The notes below the pieces were generated by a model that saw only the letters and a program-made list of their open reading frames with translations, had not been told where the DNA came from and made no database searches. Of a stretch of 32,000 bases of DNA, positions 22,155 to 31,009 are shown piece after piece. Source of the DNA: Candidatus Kuenenia stuttgartensis (GTDB lineage: Bacteria > Planctomycetota > Brocadiia > Brocadiales > Brocadiaceae). The translations under genes and the position numbers were made by a program. How positions within the stretch are numbered: the first letter of the stretch is position 1; each line of letters begins with the position of its first letter. The stretch lies in the NCBI RefSeq assembly GCF_900232105.1, contig NZ_LT934425.1, positions 1,050,001 to 1,082,000 on the forward strand, given 5' to 3'.

Positions 22155-25100
22155 TTATCTGATTTTTGTAATTTTATTAGTAATATTATTTCTGTAGTTC
22201 AGCAACCTTTCATCGTTTTCCAGCCTGAAGCGGGAAGGTTGGTGTCCCTTTCTGCATAGGGTAGCGAATTTACACCACTGACAGTTTTTTTCTTTTCCCG
22301 TGGTGGGGAACAATCCCTGGCGAATGATAGCCAGGATTTCATGGACGGTTGCCCAGAAAAATTCTTTATGCTGTGCCCATTCATTGTTATTTATGGTATT
22401 TTTTTGCAGGCATCTTTCTCCATTTTCATCATTCATGCAGCGCGCAATATAAACGAATGAAGCCTCGTCGAATATTATTTCAGAGGGAAGAGAAACCTCC
22501 TTTCTATAGGTATTTACCAGGAACTGTTCTGCCATTGATATGTAAAATGGCAGTTGCAATTTTTGTCCGCACACGGCCGCTTTTAATAAATGTTCAGTGC
22601 CTGCCTTTCCGGATTTGTAATCCACCAGCCGGAAATATATTTCCTGTCCGCTTTTTTTAACATCTATTCTGTCAATCTTTCCTTTAAAAAAAATTGCCGG
22701 ATAGTCTTCAAATTTGCCTTTTGGCAATGCTAATTGTAACCTTGCTTCCAAAAAAGCAGGGCTATAACCCGTGTGTTCAATTTGTTTAATATCCCATGAC
22801 AGGAAATGTATTAAAGCGGCGACTATTTCATCCTTTTTGAGTTCCCATAGTAGCGGATAGGGAATTGGTATTTGTTTTCCCATTTTCACAAATGATTCAT
22901 TTGCAATTTTATGCAGGTATTCAACTGGATTTGTATCGGCGGCTTTCCCATCGAAATATCCCTTTTCTTTTAAATGGCAATATAATGTGTCTAATATCTC
23001 ATGATAGATAGTGCCCAGTTTGGGCAATGATATGGTTTCACCCTTTTCCGGCTCTTCCAACGGTTCCAGTTGCAGTATTTCTCTCATAAAAAATTGGAAT
23101 GGGCATGCGCCAAACGTTTCAAGCATCGTAGGATTAAAACCTTTTTGTACACGATTTTTGTACCAATGTTCCCCATCGGAAACAATACCATCATATGCTG
23201 AGAGATAGGGGCTAAAACATTCTATAGCCTGCAACGCTGATTTGGAACGTGTATAGGCTGCCAGGTTGCCACCGATTGCATTAATGCAACATGAGGGGTC
23301 TATATGTTCCAGCACCATACGGATCACGGCCTCATTGGGTGTAAGCAGCGATATATCTTCTTTGCATAATTTATTTTTTATGCTGCGGGGAACGTTCATT
23401 TTTACAGGAGACTTGTTTTCTTTATCCTCATTGCGGGTATGTATTCCTTTTATATTTTGAAGGATGTCCATTATGTAGTGGGAAGGGGTTTTGGGTTTTC
23501 CCGCCTCATCTGAACGTTCATAAAGAAGATAAATCCTTTCCTGCGCGGCATTGAGCAGGAAATAAAATAACAAACGTTCCTCCTCAAAACCCCTTAGTTT
23601 TTCAGGAATATGATTCCCAAGCGCTTCGGATAGTATTCTTCGGGTATGGTCCGGCAAAAATGGTTCTTCAAAAATAGCGCGTGGAAACTCCTTTTCGTTC
23701 AATCCGACAAGAAACAGTATCCGGAATGGTATGCCACGAGCAGACATGGCGTTCATAACCCTGACGCCTTTATTATTAGCGGTCCCGGCTTGGATCCCTT
23801 CCTGCTTGCAGGCGTTTATGAAAGTATCTGCAAATTGATCGTATGTAATTTCTTTATCGATACGATCGAGAATAGACAATGTGTCAAACAGGCAAAATAT
23901 TCTTTCTTTAATAAAAATATCTCTTTTTATAATTTCCTGATCTATGTCTTCAGAAGGAATGTGTATATATTTATCGAGAAATAGTTTTGTTTTTTGACAC
24001 ATTTGAGACCAGGTCGCCTTTTCCTGCAGGGAAAGCAAATCATTTGACAACAACTGCACTATATTTTTCAGCGACTCAATCTGATCGCAGGAGATATTGA
24101 TATTGTGAGGCAAAATATCTTCCTCCGCTGGCTCTGCCATTGCGTTCTTTAACTGTTCAAGTTTTGACAACCAGCAGCGTATACCGCTATGGATACCATT
24201 TGTCCTGCTAATAATATCCCAGAGATTCTGCCGTGAAAGGACGTCTTTTAATTCAGGAACAGGGATATTGAAATAGGGTGATTCCAGAATATCGATAACC
24301 ATAGGACGATAAAAGTTTTCGCGATCCAGCAATAGCAATTGTTTTATCATGGTAAATAAGGGGTACTTTTCTATCGGTTCCTTGTCAAGTGTGGTAAACG
24401 GGATTGCGTTTTCCTGAAAAACCTCCTGTATAATGTTTAAATATTGCCCAAGTTCTCTTGCGACAATGCCTATATCGCCAAATACGTAACCTTTATTAAT
24501 GAGTTTGAGTATTTCCTTTGCAATCACCCATATTTCATCATGTTTGCCGGATACATTGATGATGCTAAGGTTATCCAATGAAGGGGCGTCAGGCATGGAT
24601 TCTCCATGCAGAGAGGTTTTTGTTTCCGAGTCTGCGTCCATTAAATAAGAAAACCCCTGTAGATCATCTGGGGGCAGATCCTCAATGTCCCGTGCGATCC
24701 CCAACAAAAATGATTCGTAGAAATGTTTAACGTAGGTAAAAACGGCATGATTTTTTTTGTAGGGCAAAAACAATATTGTTGGATAATATCTGAATATTTC
24801 AGAGAAAAAATCCTGTTCCACGCCGGTTAAATCATAGAAACCATATGCCAGTATATATTTGAATTTTCTGAGATATTCAGAATCAGCAGCGTGCTTTGCC
24901 GCCGAACGATAGAGGTTTGAATCGTGGGATATGCCGGATGCATTCAGCGTGTTTTGGAAAAGAGTAAATAACCGCGATATATCAGACAGTTTTTGAATAT
25001 CAGCACCGCCGGTAAGTTGCTCATTAATAACTGCCCTTAAATCATCTGCATTAACATTGGCGTCTGTGAGGTCTTGCAGAGAATGAAACATTGAGCGGGC

Positions 25101-25454
25101 AATGGATGATGGCGATATTATATTTTTTAAGGAAGGTATATGATGCCTCTCCTGTTCGATAAGTTTGGTGATAATCCGTTCGTAAATAAAAGGTTCCTGC
25201 CGGATATGCCCGATATCATTTTTTGAATTCCTGCATATTTCTCTTGCCAGGAGATAGAAATTGAGAAAAAATACGTTAAGAAACGATACGTCATGTTTCT
25301 TTACCAAACGTTCCTGAAGCCTTTCAAGCATATAGTTTGTGGGAACAATAACGGCAATGGGGGATAAGGGATCTTCGCTTTTTATGGTATGCAAAGTTTC
25401 TACAAACGAGTTCTCAAGCGAGGGATGGTAGTGCCCAAATTTAATCGATAACAT
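22155..25454 (-). CDS. addB: AddB-like helicase-nuclease subunit (inactive helicase-like N-terminus plus PD-(D/E)XK nuclease with Fe-S cysteines)
   Basis: 1099 aa from ATG 25454 (MLSIKFGHYHP); the track ORF extends 30 codons further. There is no Walker A. It has VRVMNAMSARGIPFRILFLVGLNEKEFPR, typical of AddB. The C-terminal nuclease has FGACPFQFF (Cys1), GKIDRIDV...LVDYKSGK (D...D-x-K) and CQWCKFATLC (Cys2-4). Confidence 0.8.
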   Translation of the reverse strand: MLSIKFGHYHPSLENSFVETLHTIKSEDPLSPIAVIVPTNYMLERLQERLVKKHDVSFLNVFFLNFYLLAREICRNSKNDIGHIRQEPFIYERIITKLIEQERHHIPSLKNIISPSSIARSMFHSLQDLTDANVNADDLRAVINEQLTGGADIQKLSDISRLFTLFQNTLNASGISHDSNLYRSAAKHAADSEYLRKFKYILAYGFYDLTGVEQDFFSEIFRYYPTILFLPYKKNHAVFTYVKHFYESFLLGIARDIEDLPPDDLQGFSYLMDADSETKTSLHGESMPDAPSLDNLSIINVSGKHDEIWVIAKEILKLINKGYVFGDIGIVARELGQYLNIIQEVFQENAIPFTTLDKEPIEKYPLFTMIKQLLLLDRENFYRPMVIDILESPYFNIPVPELKDVLSRQNLWDIISRTNGIHSGIRCWLSKLEQLKNAMAEPAEEDILPHNINISCDQIESLKNIVQLLSNDLLSLQEKATWSQMCQKTKLFLDKYIHIPSEDIDQEIIKRDIFIKERIFCLFDTLSILDRIDKEITYDQFADTFINACKQEGIQAGTANNKGVRVMNAMSARGIPFRILFLVGLNEKEFPRAIFEEPFLPDHTRRILSEALGNHIPEKLRGFEEERLLFYFLLNAAQERIYLLYERSDEAGKPKTPSHYIMDILQNIKGIHTRNEDKENKSPVKMNVPRSIKNKLCKEDISLLTPNEAVIRMVLEHIDPSCCINAIGGNLAAYTRSKSALQAIECFSPYLSAYDGIVSDGEHWYKNRVQKGFNPTMLETFGACPFQFFMREILQLEPLEEPEKGETISLPKLGTIYHEILDTLYCHLKEKGYFDGKAADTNPVEYLHKIANESFVKMGKQIPIPYPLLWELKKDEIVAALIHFLSWDIKQIEHTGYSPAFLEARLQLALPKGKFEDYPAIFFKGKIDRIDVKKSGQEIYFRLVDYKSGKAGTEHLLKAAVCGQKLQLPFYISMAEQFLVNTYRKEVSLPSEIIFDEASFVYIARCMNDENGERCLQKNTINNNEWAQHKEFFWATVHEILAIIRQGLFPTTGKEKNCQWCKFATLCRKGHQPSRFRLENDERLLNYRNNITNKITKIR

Positions 25455-25998
25455 ATGATACCTCAACCTTGTCTCTGCTTTTTTCTTTTGCCCTGTACAA
25501 TGCCTTGTCAGCAGATCGCAACAAAGCACTGCATTCAGTTTCATGCGACGGAAAAGAGGAAACCCCGATGCTTATCGTCAACGCAAGTTGTTTTTCAAAC
25601 ATATCTTCAAAAAACCTCCTGTTGTATACGTCGGTTAGCGCGTCTGTTATTGCGGCATGTTTGGTGAACTCCATAAGCCTGACCCTGTAAAGCGCAGATG
25701 ATGCCAATCCTGCATAAACCAATAGAAGTTTTCGCATATCCCTGTCATCCCAAAATCCCTTTTCTTTCTTTATCATCAGCACCATGCCTATCGCCATTTC
25801 CCCATAGTAAGGGGAACGTAAACGCATCCTCCTTCTTTATATTTGCTACTGAGGCAATCGCAGGCCGGTTCCGTGCTCATATCATTCACTATAAGTTCCT
25901 TTCCGGTGTGCAACACACCTGCAGCCTGAAGGATTCAGGAATATATCCGTTTTAATGAGTTCACCTTTCGGCATTGGCGAATATACGATTGGCATATC

Positions 25999-26228
25999 TA
26001 GTGTCTGAACGAAAACTATTTAACTTGTTGCTGTATTAAGAGTTGAAATTGTTGCATAAGCGCGAATCTTTTTATCCTAATTTGGAAAATATTAGTTTGA
26101 CTATGATAATCTTCGTGAAAATGGCGCATTTTTTGAGATTAATGAAAATATTCGTCAAATATTTGCAACAATTAGTAGTCTTAACTATCCAATAAATAGT
26201 TGTTTAGATAGTTTTCGTTCAGACACTA
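25999..26228. mobile_element. 230-bp non-autonomous MITE with perfect 19-21-bp terminal inverted repeats and possible TA duplication
   Basis: The termini are ta-gtgtctgaacgaaaactat (25999-26019) and atagttttcgttcagacac-ta (26208-26228). The interior is AT-rich with no ORF. It is inserted inside the GAF-coding region. Confidence 0.7.
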
Positions 26229-26229
26229 T

Positions 26230-26386
26230 CTAGTATAACGTTTCATTAAAATATCTACATTGATACCGTCATTGCGAGCTACAGCGAAGCAATCTTAAGT
26301 CTTTTGGGAACAAGAGATTGCTTAGTCGCTCCACTCCTCGCAATGACATTTTTTTACGTACACATTTTAATGAAACGATGTACTAG
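26230..26386. repeat. 157-bp nested palindromic element
   Basis: The outer arms are ctagtataacgtttcattaaaatatctac (26230-26258) and gtacacattttaatgaaacgatgtactag (26358-26386), matching at about 25 of 29 positions. The inner stem is gtcattgcgag (26268-26278) against ctcgcaatgac (26337-26347). The innermost stem is aagcaatct against agattgctt. Confidence 0.65.
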
Positions 26387-26738
26387 TATATTTCTTTCAG
26401 TATCAAGCGTCATTATTGCAAGGATATCGGGGTAAAAATCCTCCTTCAACGTCCTTCCCAAATTATTAAACAGCGATTCTTCATGCACTTCGTCATTCAT
26501 AAGGCTTGAAAAATACACGAGGTGTCTCATCTCTTTGATAGTACGGTTCCCTTGTTCTATAGTATCACGGAGTTCTTCATCCATGATTTTACGCGTGGAA
26601 TGTCTGATGCCACAAGCACAAACCCCTGATTTTCTCCGTTTTCTCGCTGAATACTCAATGAGGAAAAAAGGACAGGTATTTGCCGCCCTGTTTTTTACAA
26701 GTAAGTTGTTTCTGTGTGCCGGATAACGCCTTGCTCAA

Positions 26739-27352
26739 TCAAACAGTTAAGCAGCGTCCCGGTGTTCCTACTTCAATATCATTTTCTCTGTAGTACAGGC
26801 GGCTTCTGCCGTTGCTATCATAATAAGAGGCGGAAATGAGCATCTCAATACCATAACACGGTCAATGAGGTCAACATCCAGAACGAATTCCGTCCAGATG
26901 GATGCCGTATCGTAAACAGCGTCATTGAGGCGAAACCCGTCCACCATGATAAGATATCGCGAATTGTAATCGCCCAGACGCGAAAAACCCCTTGAGCCAA
27001 GATAAGAATAATTGCGGTCATAATTCACATAAAAACCCCTTATACTTCTCAAGATATTCGTAAGTGTGCGGTATCCGTATTTCTTTATATCATCGGCAGT
27101 GACAATGCTGGCGGATAAAGATAACGGGGCTTCAGTAACCTTCTGTTTGTATTTGGATGCGGCATAAACGGTAGCAACATCTATGTCTATAAGGTCTTCG
27201 ATGGTCATGCTTAGTAAATCGAGTAATGGGGTATCGGCTGGATTTTGGGTGTCTGTATACGGGTGAAACAGAGAAGGATCATTTTCTGCTTCTGCGCTGT
27301 GTGTGTAATATGATATTAACAGAAAGATAACAACTAATATGAAGGCTCTCAT
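26739..27352 (-). pseudogene. TonB-dependent receptor remnant (signal peptide and plug domain only; barrel lost)
   Basis: It has a signal peptide (MRAFILVVIFLLISYYTHSAEA) and plug motifs (VTEAPLSLSASIVTADDIKKYGYRTLTNILRSIRGF...YLIMVDGFRLND...IDRV). After IDRV the frame breaks. A +2 frame gives ISASYYDSNGRSRLYY, like an early barrel strand, and then a stop at 26739. Full-length receptors are about 650-800 aa. Confidence 0.65.
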
Positions 27353-27420
27353 TGTGTTATTTTCTTAATTGACAACACCTTCGCTTTTTGAAAAATGCGG
27401 ACAACGATGGCGTTATTTGT

Positions 27421-27640
27421 GTAGGATGGGGCAAGCGAAGCAGCCCCATCGATAAAAAAATTTCAAAAAACTAAAGTGTTATGAATCTTTCAATCTGCGA
27501 AATCGCTCGACTGAGATCACGACGAAGTCTGTGTAATCTGTGGTTCCTCTTTCGTATTTCGCGCTTATTTGGTTCTGGCTTGTACAGGTTGGGTTTAAAA
27601 CTAAAAATCAGGTTTAAAACTAAAAATCAGCGGTAAACTA
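27421..27640. repeat. Mosaic repeat block: hairpin module, R1 core, R3 right end, and a perfect 19-nt tandem duplication
   Basis: The block holds the hairpin gatggggc-aagcgaagca-gccccatc (27425-27450), the R1 core aaatttcaaaaaactaaagtgttat (27458-27482) and the R3 end ctttcgtatttcgcgcttatttggttctggc (to 27579). It also holds ggtttaaaactaaaaatca twice (27592-27610 and 27611-27629). Confidence 0.6.
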
Positions 27641-27710
27641 TTACCATATGAAAAAGGCAGGGTAAAAACAATCAGCATCTTTGTTTTTACGACAGAACGG
27701 TTATAGTTTT

Positions 27711-29042
27711 TCAAGAAATAGTACACGTTTCACGTTGAGCGGCAGACGCTCTTCTTCCACGTATCATTTCCAGGAAACCTTCAATCCTTGTAGAAAACTG
27801 TCCAGGCATGTAGTTTTTATCGTCTACGCAATCACCATCGAGACTGAGAAAGGGGTAGCCTATTTTGTTGAGTTCTTTCTTAATAGTGGGTACGGCTGCA
27901 TTATTTCTTCTGCATCCCCATGAAGAAAATACAACAACGCCGTCAACATCGTACTCACGGGCTAGCATTTTTGCTACTTCTATGCGCCGTTCCAACGGAC
28001 CGTTATACGTATTCATGATATGTTTTCTGGCAAGGCTTTCGTATGGTTTTTGCACATCAAGCTTATCCCAGTAAACATAGTTTGTTTCTTCAAAGACAAT
28101 TTTAACATTCTCTTTTTCTTCAAGATTTTGCAGGAAATCCACATTGAAATAGGGTTTTAATTCCAGCCAGAGAATTTTGATTTGATTTGTGGGCGGGATT
28201 TTTGGGGATTTTGTCTTATTTTCTGCAATCTTTTCGCGCAATTCATTCGCCAAACTGGAATAAAATTCCAGGGCTAATCCGGAACCGATAAGCAGATAGG
28301 TGGGAAACATAAACCCTAAGGCACTGCTGCCTTTCAGAGGGCAAAGAGGATCTTTTCTTAATTCGTTGATTTCAAGAATCTTTTCCCGTGTTTTGTTTGA
28401 GTATTCAAAGGCTCGTTCTAATGCTTCATGCCTCATCTTTCTCCCTGTTGTTTTTTCCAGATATTTGACGAGATCTTCCAGTTGTTTGGCAAGGTATTGA
28501 ACGGAATATTCATCTTCTTCGTAAGGGATGTCTATCACGATCGTGTCCTTTCCCGTCAGACATTCACACAGTTTTGCTGTTTTGGTATTGTTGTCACAGA
28601 GTGTTGACGTGGCGACCTGTAGAATATTCCTCGGAAAAATGTTTCTATATGCATGGCCGATTGCAGCGCGGTGAAAGGTGCAGATATCAGTGGAAACTCC
28701 TCGTGATTCAGCTTCTATAAGGCCGCGGGAACTTTGGCCTATTCCGGCAAAAAGGGCAGCTCCGATCTCAAGGCAAAAGGGATAAAGCCCCATGGCAAAC
28801 AATATTTCCGAGGGGACAAACATGGTTGTCCATATAGTCCGGTCAGGATGCGCATACACGTTAAAAAGATGTTTTACCCCGACGTGTATCTGCACTTGCA
28901 GCGAGCGGAACCCACCGATTTTCTTGTTGCGGAAGAAAAAGAGGTATATCTTATAAAGCCGCAATCCTTCTCTGATAAGCAACTGTGAGTGTCGCTGCAT
29001 GAGCGAGGTTGCCCATTCCTTTAGTTTTAAAATTAATGACAT
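27711..29042 (-). CDS. 2-hydroxyacyl-CoA dehydratase / benzoyl-CoA reductase B/C-family subunit (HGD-D domain)
   Basis: The ORF is about 443 aa from ATG 29042; the track start at 29078 is TTG and overlaps the upstream stop by 14 nt. It has the family pattern TTMFVPSEILFAMGLYPF, conserved Cys contexts TDICTFHR and STLCDNN, and the C-terminal GYPFLSLDGDCVDDKNY...RIEGFLEMI. The start codon is uncertain. Confidence 0.8.
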   Translation of the reverse strand: MSLILKLKEWATSLMQRHSQLLIREGLRLYKIYLFFFRNKKIGGFRSLQVQIHVGVKHLFNVYAHPDRTIWTTMFVPSEILFAMGLYPFCLEIGAALFAGIGQSSRGLIEAESRGVSTDICTFHRAAIGHAYRNIFPRNILQVATSTLCDNNTKTAKLCECLTGKDTIVIDIPYEEDEYSVQYLAKQLEDLVKYLEKTTGRKMRHEALERAFEYSNKTREKILEINELRKDPLCPLKGSSALGFMFPTYLLIGSGLALEFYSSLANELREKIAENKTKSPKIPPTNQIKILWLELKPYFNVDFLQNLEEKENVKIVFEETNYVYWDKLDVQKPYESLARKHIMNTYNGPLERRIEVAKMLAREYDVDGVVVFSSWGCRRNNAAVPTIKKELNKIGYPFLSLDGDCVDDKNYMPGQFSTRIEGFLEMIRGRRASAAQRETCTIS

Positions 29043-29064
29043 AAAGAAAATTCTAACGTATTTC

Positions 29065-30984
29065 TTATTTTGGGGCAACCATTAATTGTTCAAGGAAGGC
29101 TTCAACGCGTGTTTTGATTTGTCCTTCGCTGCTTAACGAGTAGTCACAATTCAAATGGAGAAGCGGGATATTTTTTTCATAGAAAGTCTTTTTTATCATG
29201 GGATAATCCAGAAGATTATGGTCGCAGAATTTTAATGTATGATAAATTGCAGCATGGATTGATTTTTCCTGCATAATCGTTAATGCCTTATTAATCCTGT
29301 CAAAGATATTTTCCATCCGGGAGCAGGGGCTTCTTTTGATATACCGTTTTGCAATGGACAAAATAGGCTCTTCGTTTATGCTCACCACGGCGTCAAAATA
29401 CCGGCTGCCGTTACATAGGTCTTCTGCCACAACCTTTGCACCTGCATCCTCTATAATCTTCATTATCTTTTCATTCTCCATGATACTACCCCAGATGAAT
29501 AACCGCGGTACTTCGCGTGTGTCGCGTACACCTTCACCCTGCTTAATAATATGCGTTAAATAGGTGTTAAACTTCTCTGGAACTGCATTTACTCCTTTTT
29601 TCAGCAAGGAAAACATCTCGTATCCCGAATGGGCAATATATCCGTTCCAGTATTTCTGCAAACATTGTCCTACTTTTTCCCGTACCGAGTTATAGACGAC
29701 AATGCTCCGGTTGATGTCGTCAGGCAGGATTTTCATGGTGAAGTACGACTCGAGTTTCTCTTTAAATTTCTTGAGCAGGTTGGCGTAATAGTAAACCGCA
29801 GCGTCATCAATATTTTTAGGAATATCCAACATATAGTTAAATCGCCCTTTCCCTTCGTCCATTTTTACCCAGGCATCGTAAAGGCGCCTCATCCCGTCAC
29901 AGGAATTGACAAATACCATTCCCTGAAAATCCTCCAGACTACCTTCAATCTTTCTATCGGTAACAGCCTTTATATAAGGGCAGATGTTTCCGCAGAGCAC
30001 CTCGTCAGCGGCGCATGAATCATGTTCTGTCCCTTTAATCCTGACAGGATGAAACCCTGCGGCATGAATAATTTCTACCGGGGTATAAGAACAAAAATAT
30101 CCGATCTTGGGCAAATTGCTTTCTTCAATGGAAAAATCCGCGATAGAAGTTTCAAGTAAACTTTTGCTGTTGTCAGATCCTGACAGCGACACAGAGACGT
30201 TGCTTTGCGCCTGCGCTTTTTCCAGCGCTATTAACGCCGCCCCAAGCGCACCGTTAATTTGCGGCTCTCCTGAGATTTCAATTTTGCAGCCCAGGTTTTT
30301 TTCCAGCTCCGTTACTACGCCAATATTTTTAGCAACGCCGCCTGTCATGGCAACCTTTTGTTCCAACCCTACCCGTTTTACTTGTGCGGTAATACGTTTT
30401 GCGATTGAAATATGCAGTCCACGGCAAATATCCGCCGTTTTGTGGTCGGCGCCAATAAGCGATACAACCTCCGATTCTGCAAAAACGGTACAAAGGCTAC
30501 TCACGGAAACGTTATCTTTTCCGTGCAGGGAAATCTCTCCCATCTCCTCCAGCTCAATTTCCAGTGTTCTTGCCATAACTTCCAGAAAGCGGCCGGTACC
30601 GGCGGCGCACTTGTCGTTCATAACAAAATCAAGTACATTGCCATTTCCATCGATTTTGATAACCTTACTGTCCTGTCCGCCAATATCAATAATTGTCCTG
30701 GCGTCAGGAAAGTAATAATTTGCACCTTTTGCATGGCAAGTGATTTCCGTTATTACTTCATTGGCAAAAGGAACTTTTACGCGCCCATAGCCTGTGGCTA
30801 CGATATAGTTAATATCTTTTTCTGTAAGATTATGCTCTGTAAATATTTGTTGAAGGGTTTTTTCCGCAGCTTTTTTACTGCTTGCACCGGTTGCGATGAT
30901 TGTTGCAGAAAGGATCTCCTTCTTATCATTTAAAAGAATTCCATTGGTTGACATAGAACCAATGTCTATTCCGATAGTATACAT
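29065..30984 (-). CDS. Fusion protein: HgdC/BcrAD-type [4Fe-4S] ATPase activase (N-terminus) plus HGD-D dehydratase/reductase-like subunit (C-terminus)
   Basis: 639 aa. Residues 1 to about 260 have IGIDIGSMSTNG, DIGGQDSKVI, NDKCAAGTGRFLE and LCTVFAESEVVSL, the two cluster-ligand Cys contexts of HgdC as I recall them, followed by MTGGVAKN. Residues from about 290 to 639 have GYFCSYTPVEIIHAAGFHPVRI, CPYIKA, VNSCDGMRRL and LHLNCDYS...RVEAFLEQL. GGAG lies about 10 nt upstream of the ATG. Confidence 0.85.
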   Translation of the reverse strand: MYTIGIDIGSMSTNGILLNDKKEILSATIIATGASSKKAAEKTLQQIFTEHNLTEKDINYIVATGYGRVKVPFANEVITEITCHAKGANYYFPDARTIIDIGGQDSKVIKIDGNGNVLDFVMNDKCAAGTGRFLEVMARTLEIELEEMGEISLHGKDNVSVSSLCTVFAESEVVSLIGADHKTADICRGLHISIAKRITAQVKRVGLEQKVAMTGGVAKNIGVVTELEKNLGCKIEISGEPQINGALGAALIALEKAQAQSNVSVSLSGSDNSKSLLETSIADFSIEESNLPKIGYFCSYTPVEIIHAAGFHPVRIKGTEHDSCAADEVLCGNICPYIKAVTDRKIEGSLEDFQGMVFVNSCDGMRRLYDAWVKMDEGKGRFNYMLDIPKNIDDAAVYYYANLLKKFKEKLESYFTMKILPDDINRSIVVYNSVREKVGQCLQKYWNGYIAHSGYEMFSLLKKGVNAVPEKFNTYLTHIIKQGEGVRDTREVPRLFIWGSIMENEKIMKIIEDAGAKVVAEDLCNGSRYFDAVVSINEEPILSIAKRYIKRSPCSRMENIFDRINKALTIMQEKSIHAAIYHTLKFCDHNLLDYPMIKKTFYEKNIPLLHLNCDYSLSSEGQIKTRVEAFLEQLMVAPK

Positions 30985-31009
30985 AACTATAAAATCTCCT
31001 ATTTTAAGA

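Larger units (their letters stand above)
25441..26584 (-). pseudogene. Decayed GAF-GGDEF signalling gene (insertions, two frameshifts, in-frame loss of the GGDEF core)
   Basis: The N-terminal fragment 26584-26387 (…FYPDILAIMTLDTERNI) is cut by repeats at 25999-26386. GAF-like reading resumes at 25998 (DMPIVYSPMPKGELIKTDIF...) and needs two frameshifts, near 25893 and in the G-run near 25800. The final ORF has DALTDVYNRRFF...FEKQL joined directly to ALTISIGVSSFP...ADKALYRAKEKSRDKV, so about 95 aa including the GGDEF motif is missing. Confidence 0.7.

Noticed and set aside
22005-22259. An 84-aa plus-strand ORF spanning the rRNA upstream region and the 3' end of the addB-like gene.
   Set aside because: It overlaps the addB-like stop region in antisense, has no RBS or family motif, and sits in AT-rich leader DNA.
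25455-25544. A 30-codon N-terminal extension of the addB-like ORF (MKLNAVLCCDLL...).
   Set aside because: It would overlap the upstream ORF by more than 100 nt. The ATG at 25454 gives the ATGTTATCGATTAA stop/start overlap typical of coupled genes. This remains uncertain.
29336-30933. Plus-strand ORFs of 75-202 aa opposite the activase-dehydratase fusion gene (including 30107-30715 and 30412-30933).
   Set aside because: They are S/P/I-rich antisense translations of a gene with unambiguous BcrAD and HGD-D motifs on the minus strand.
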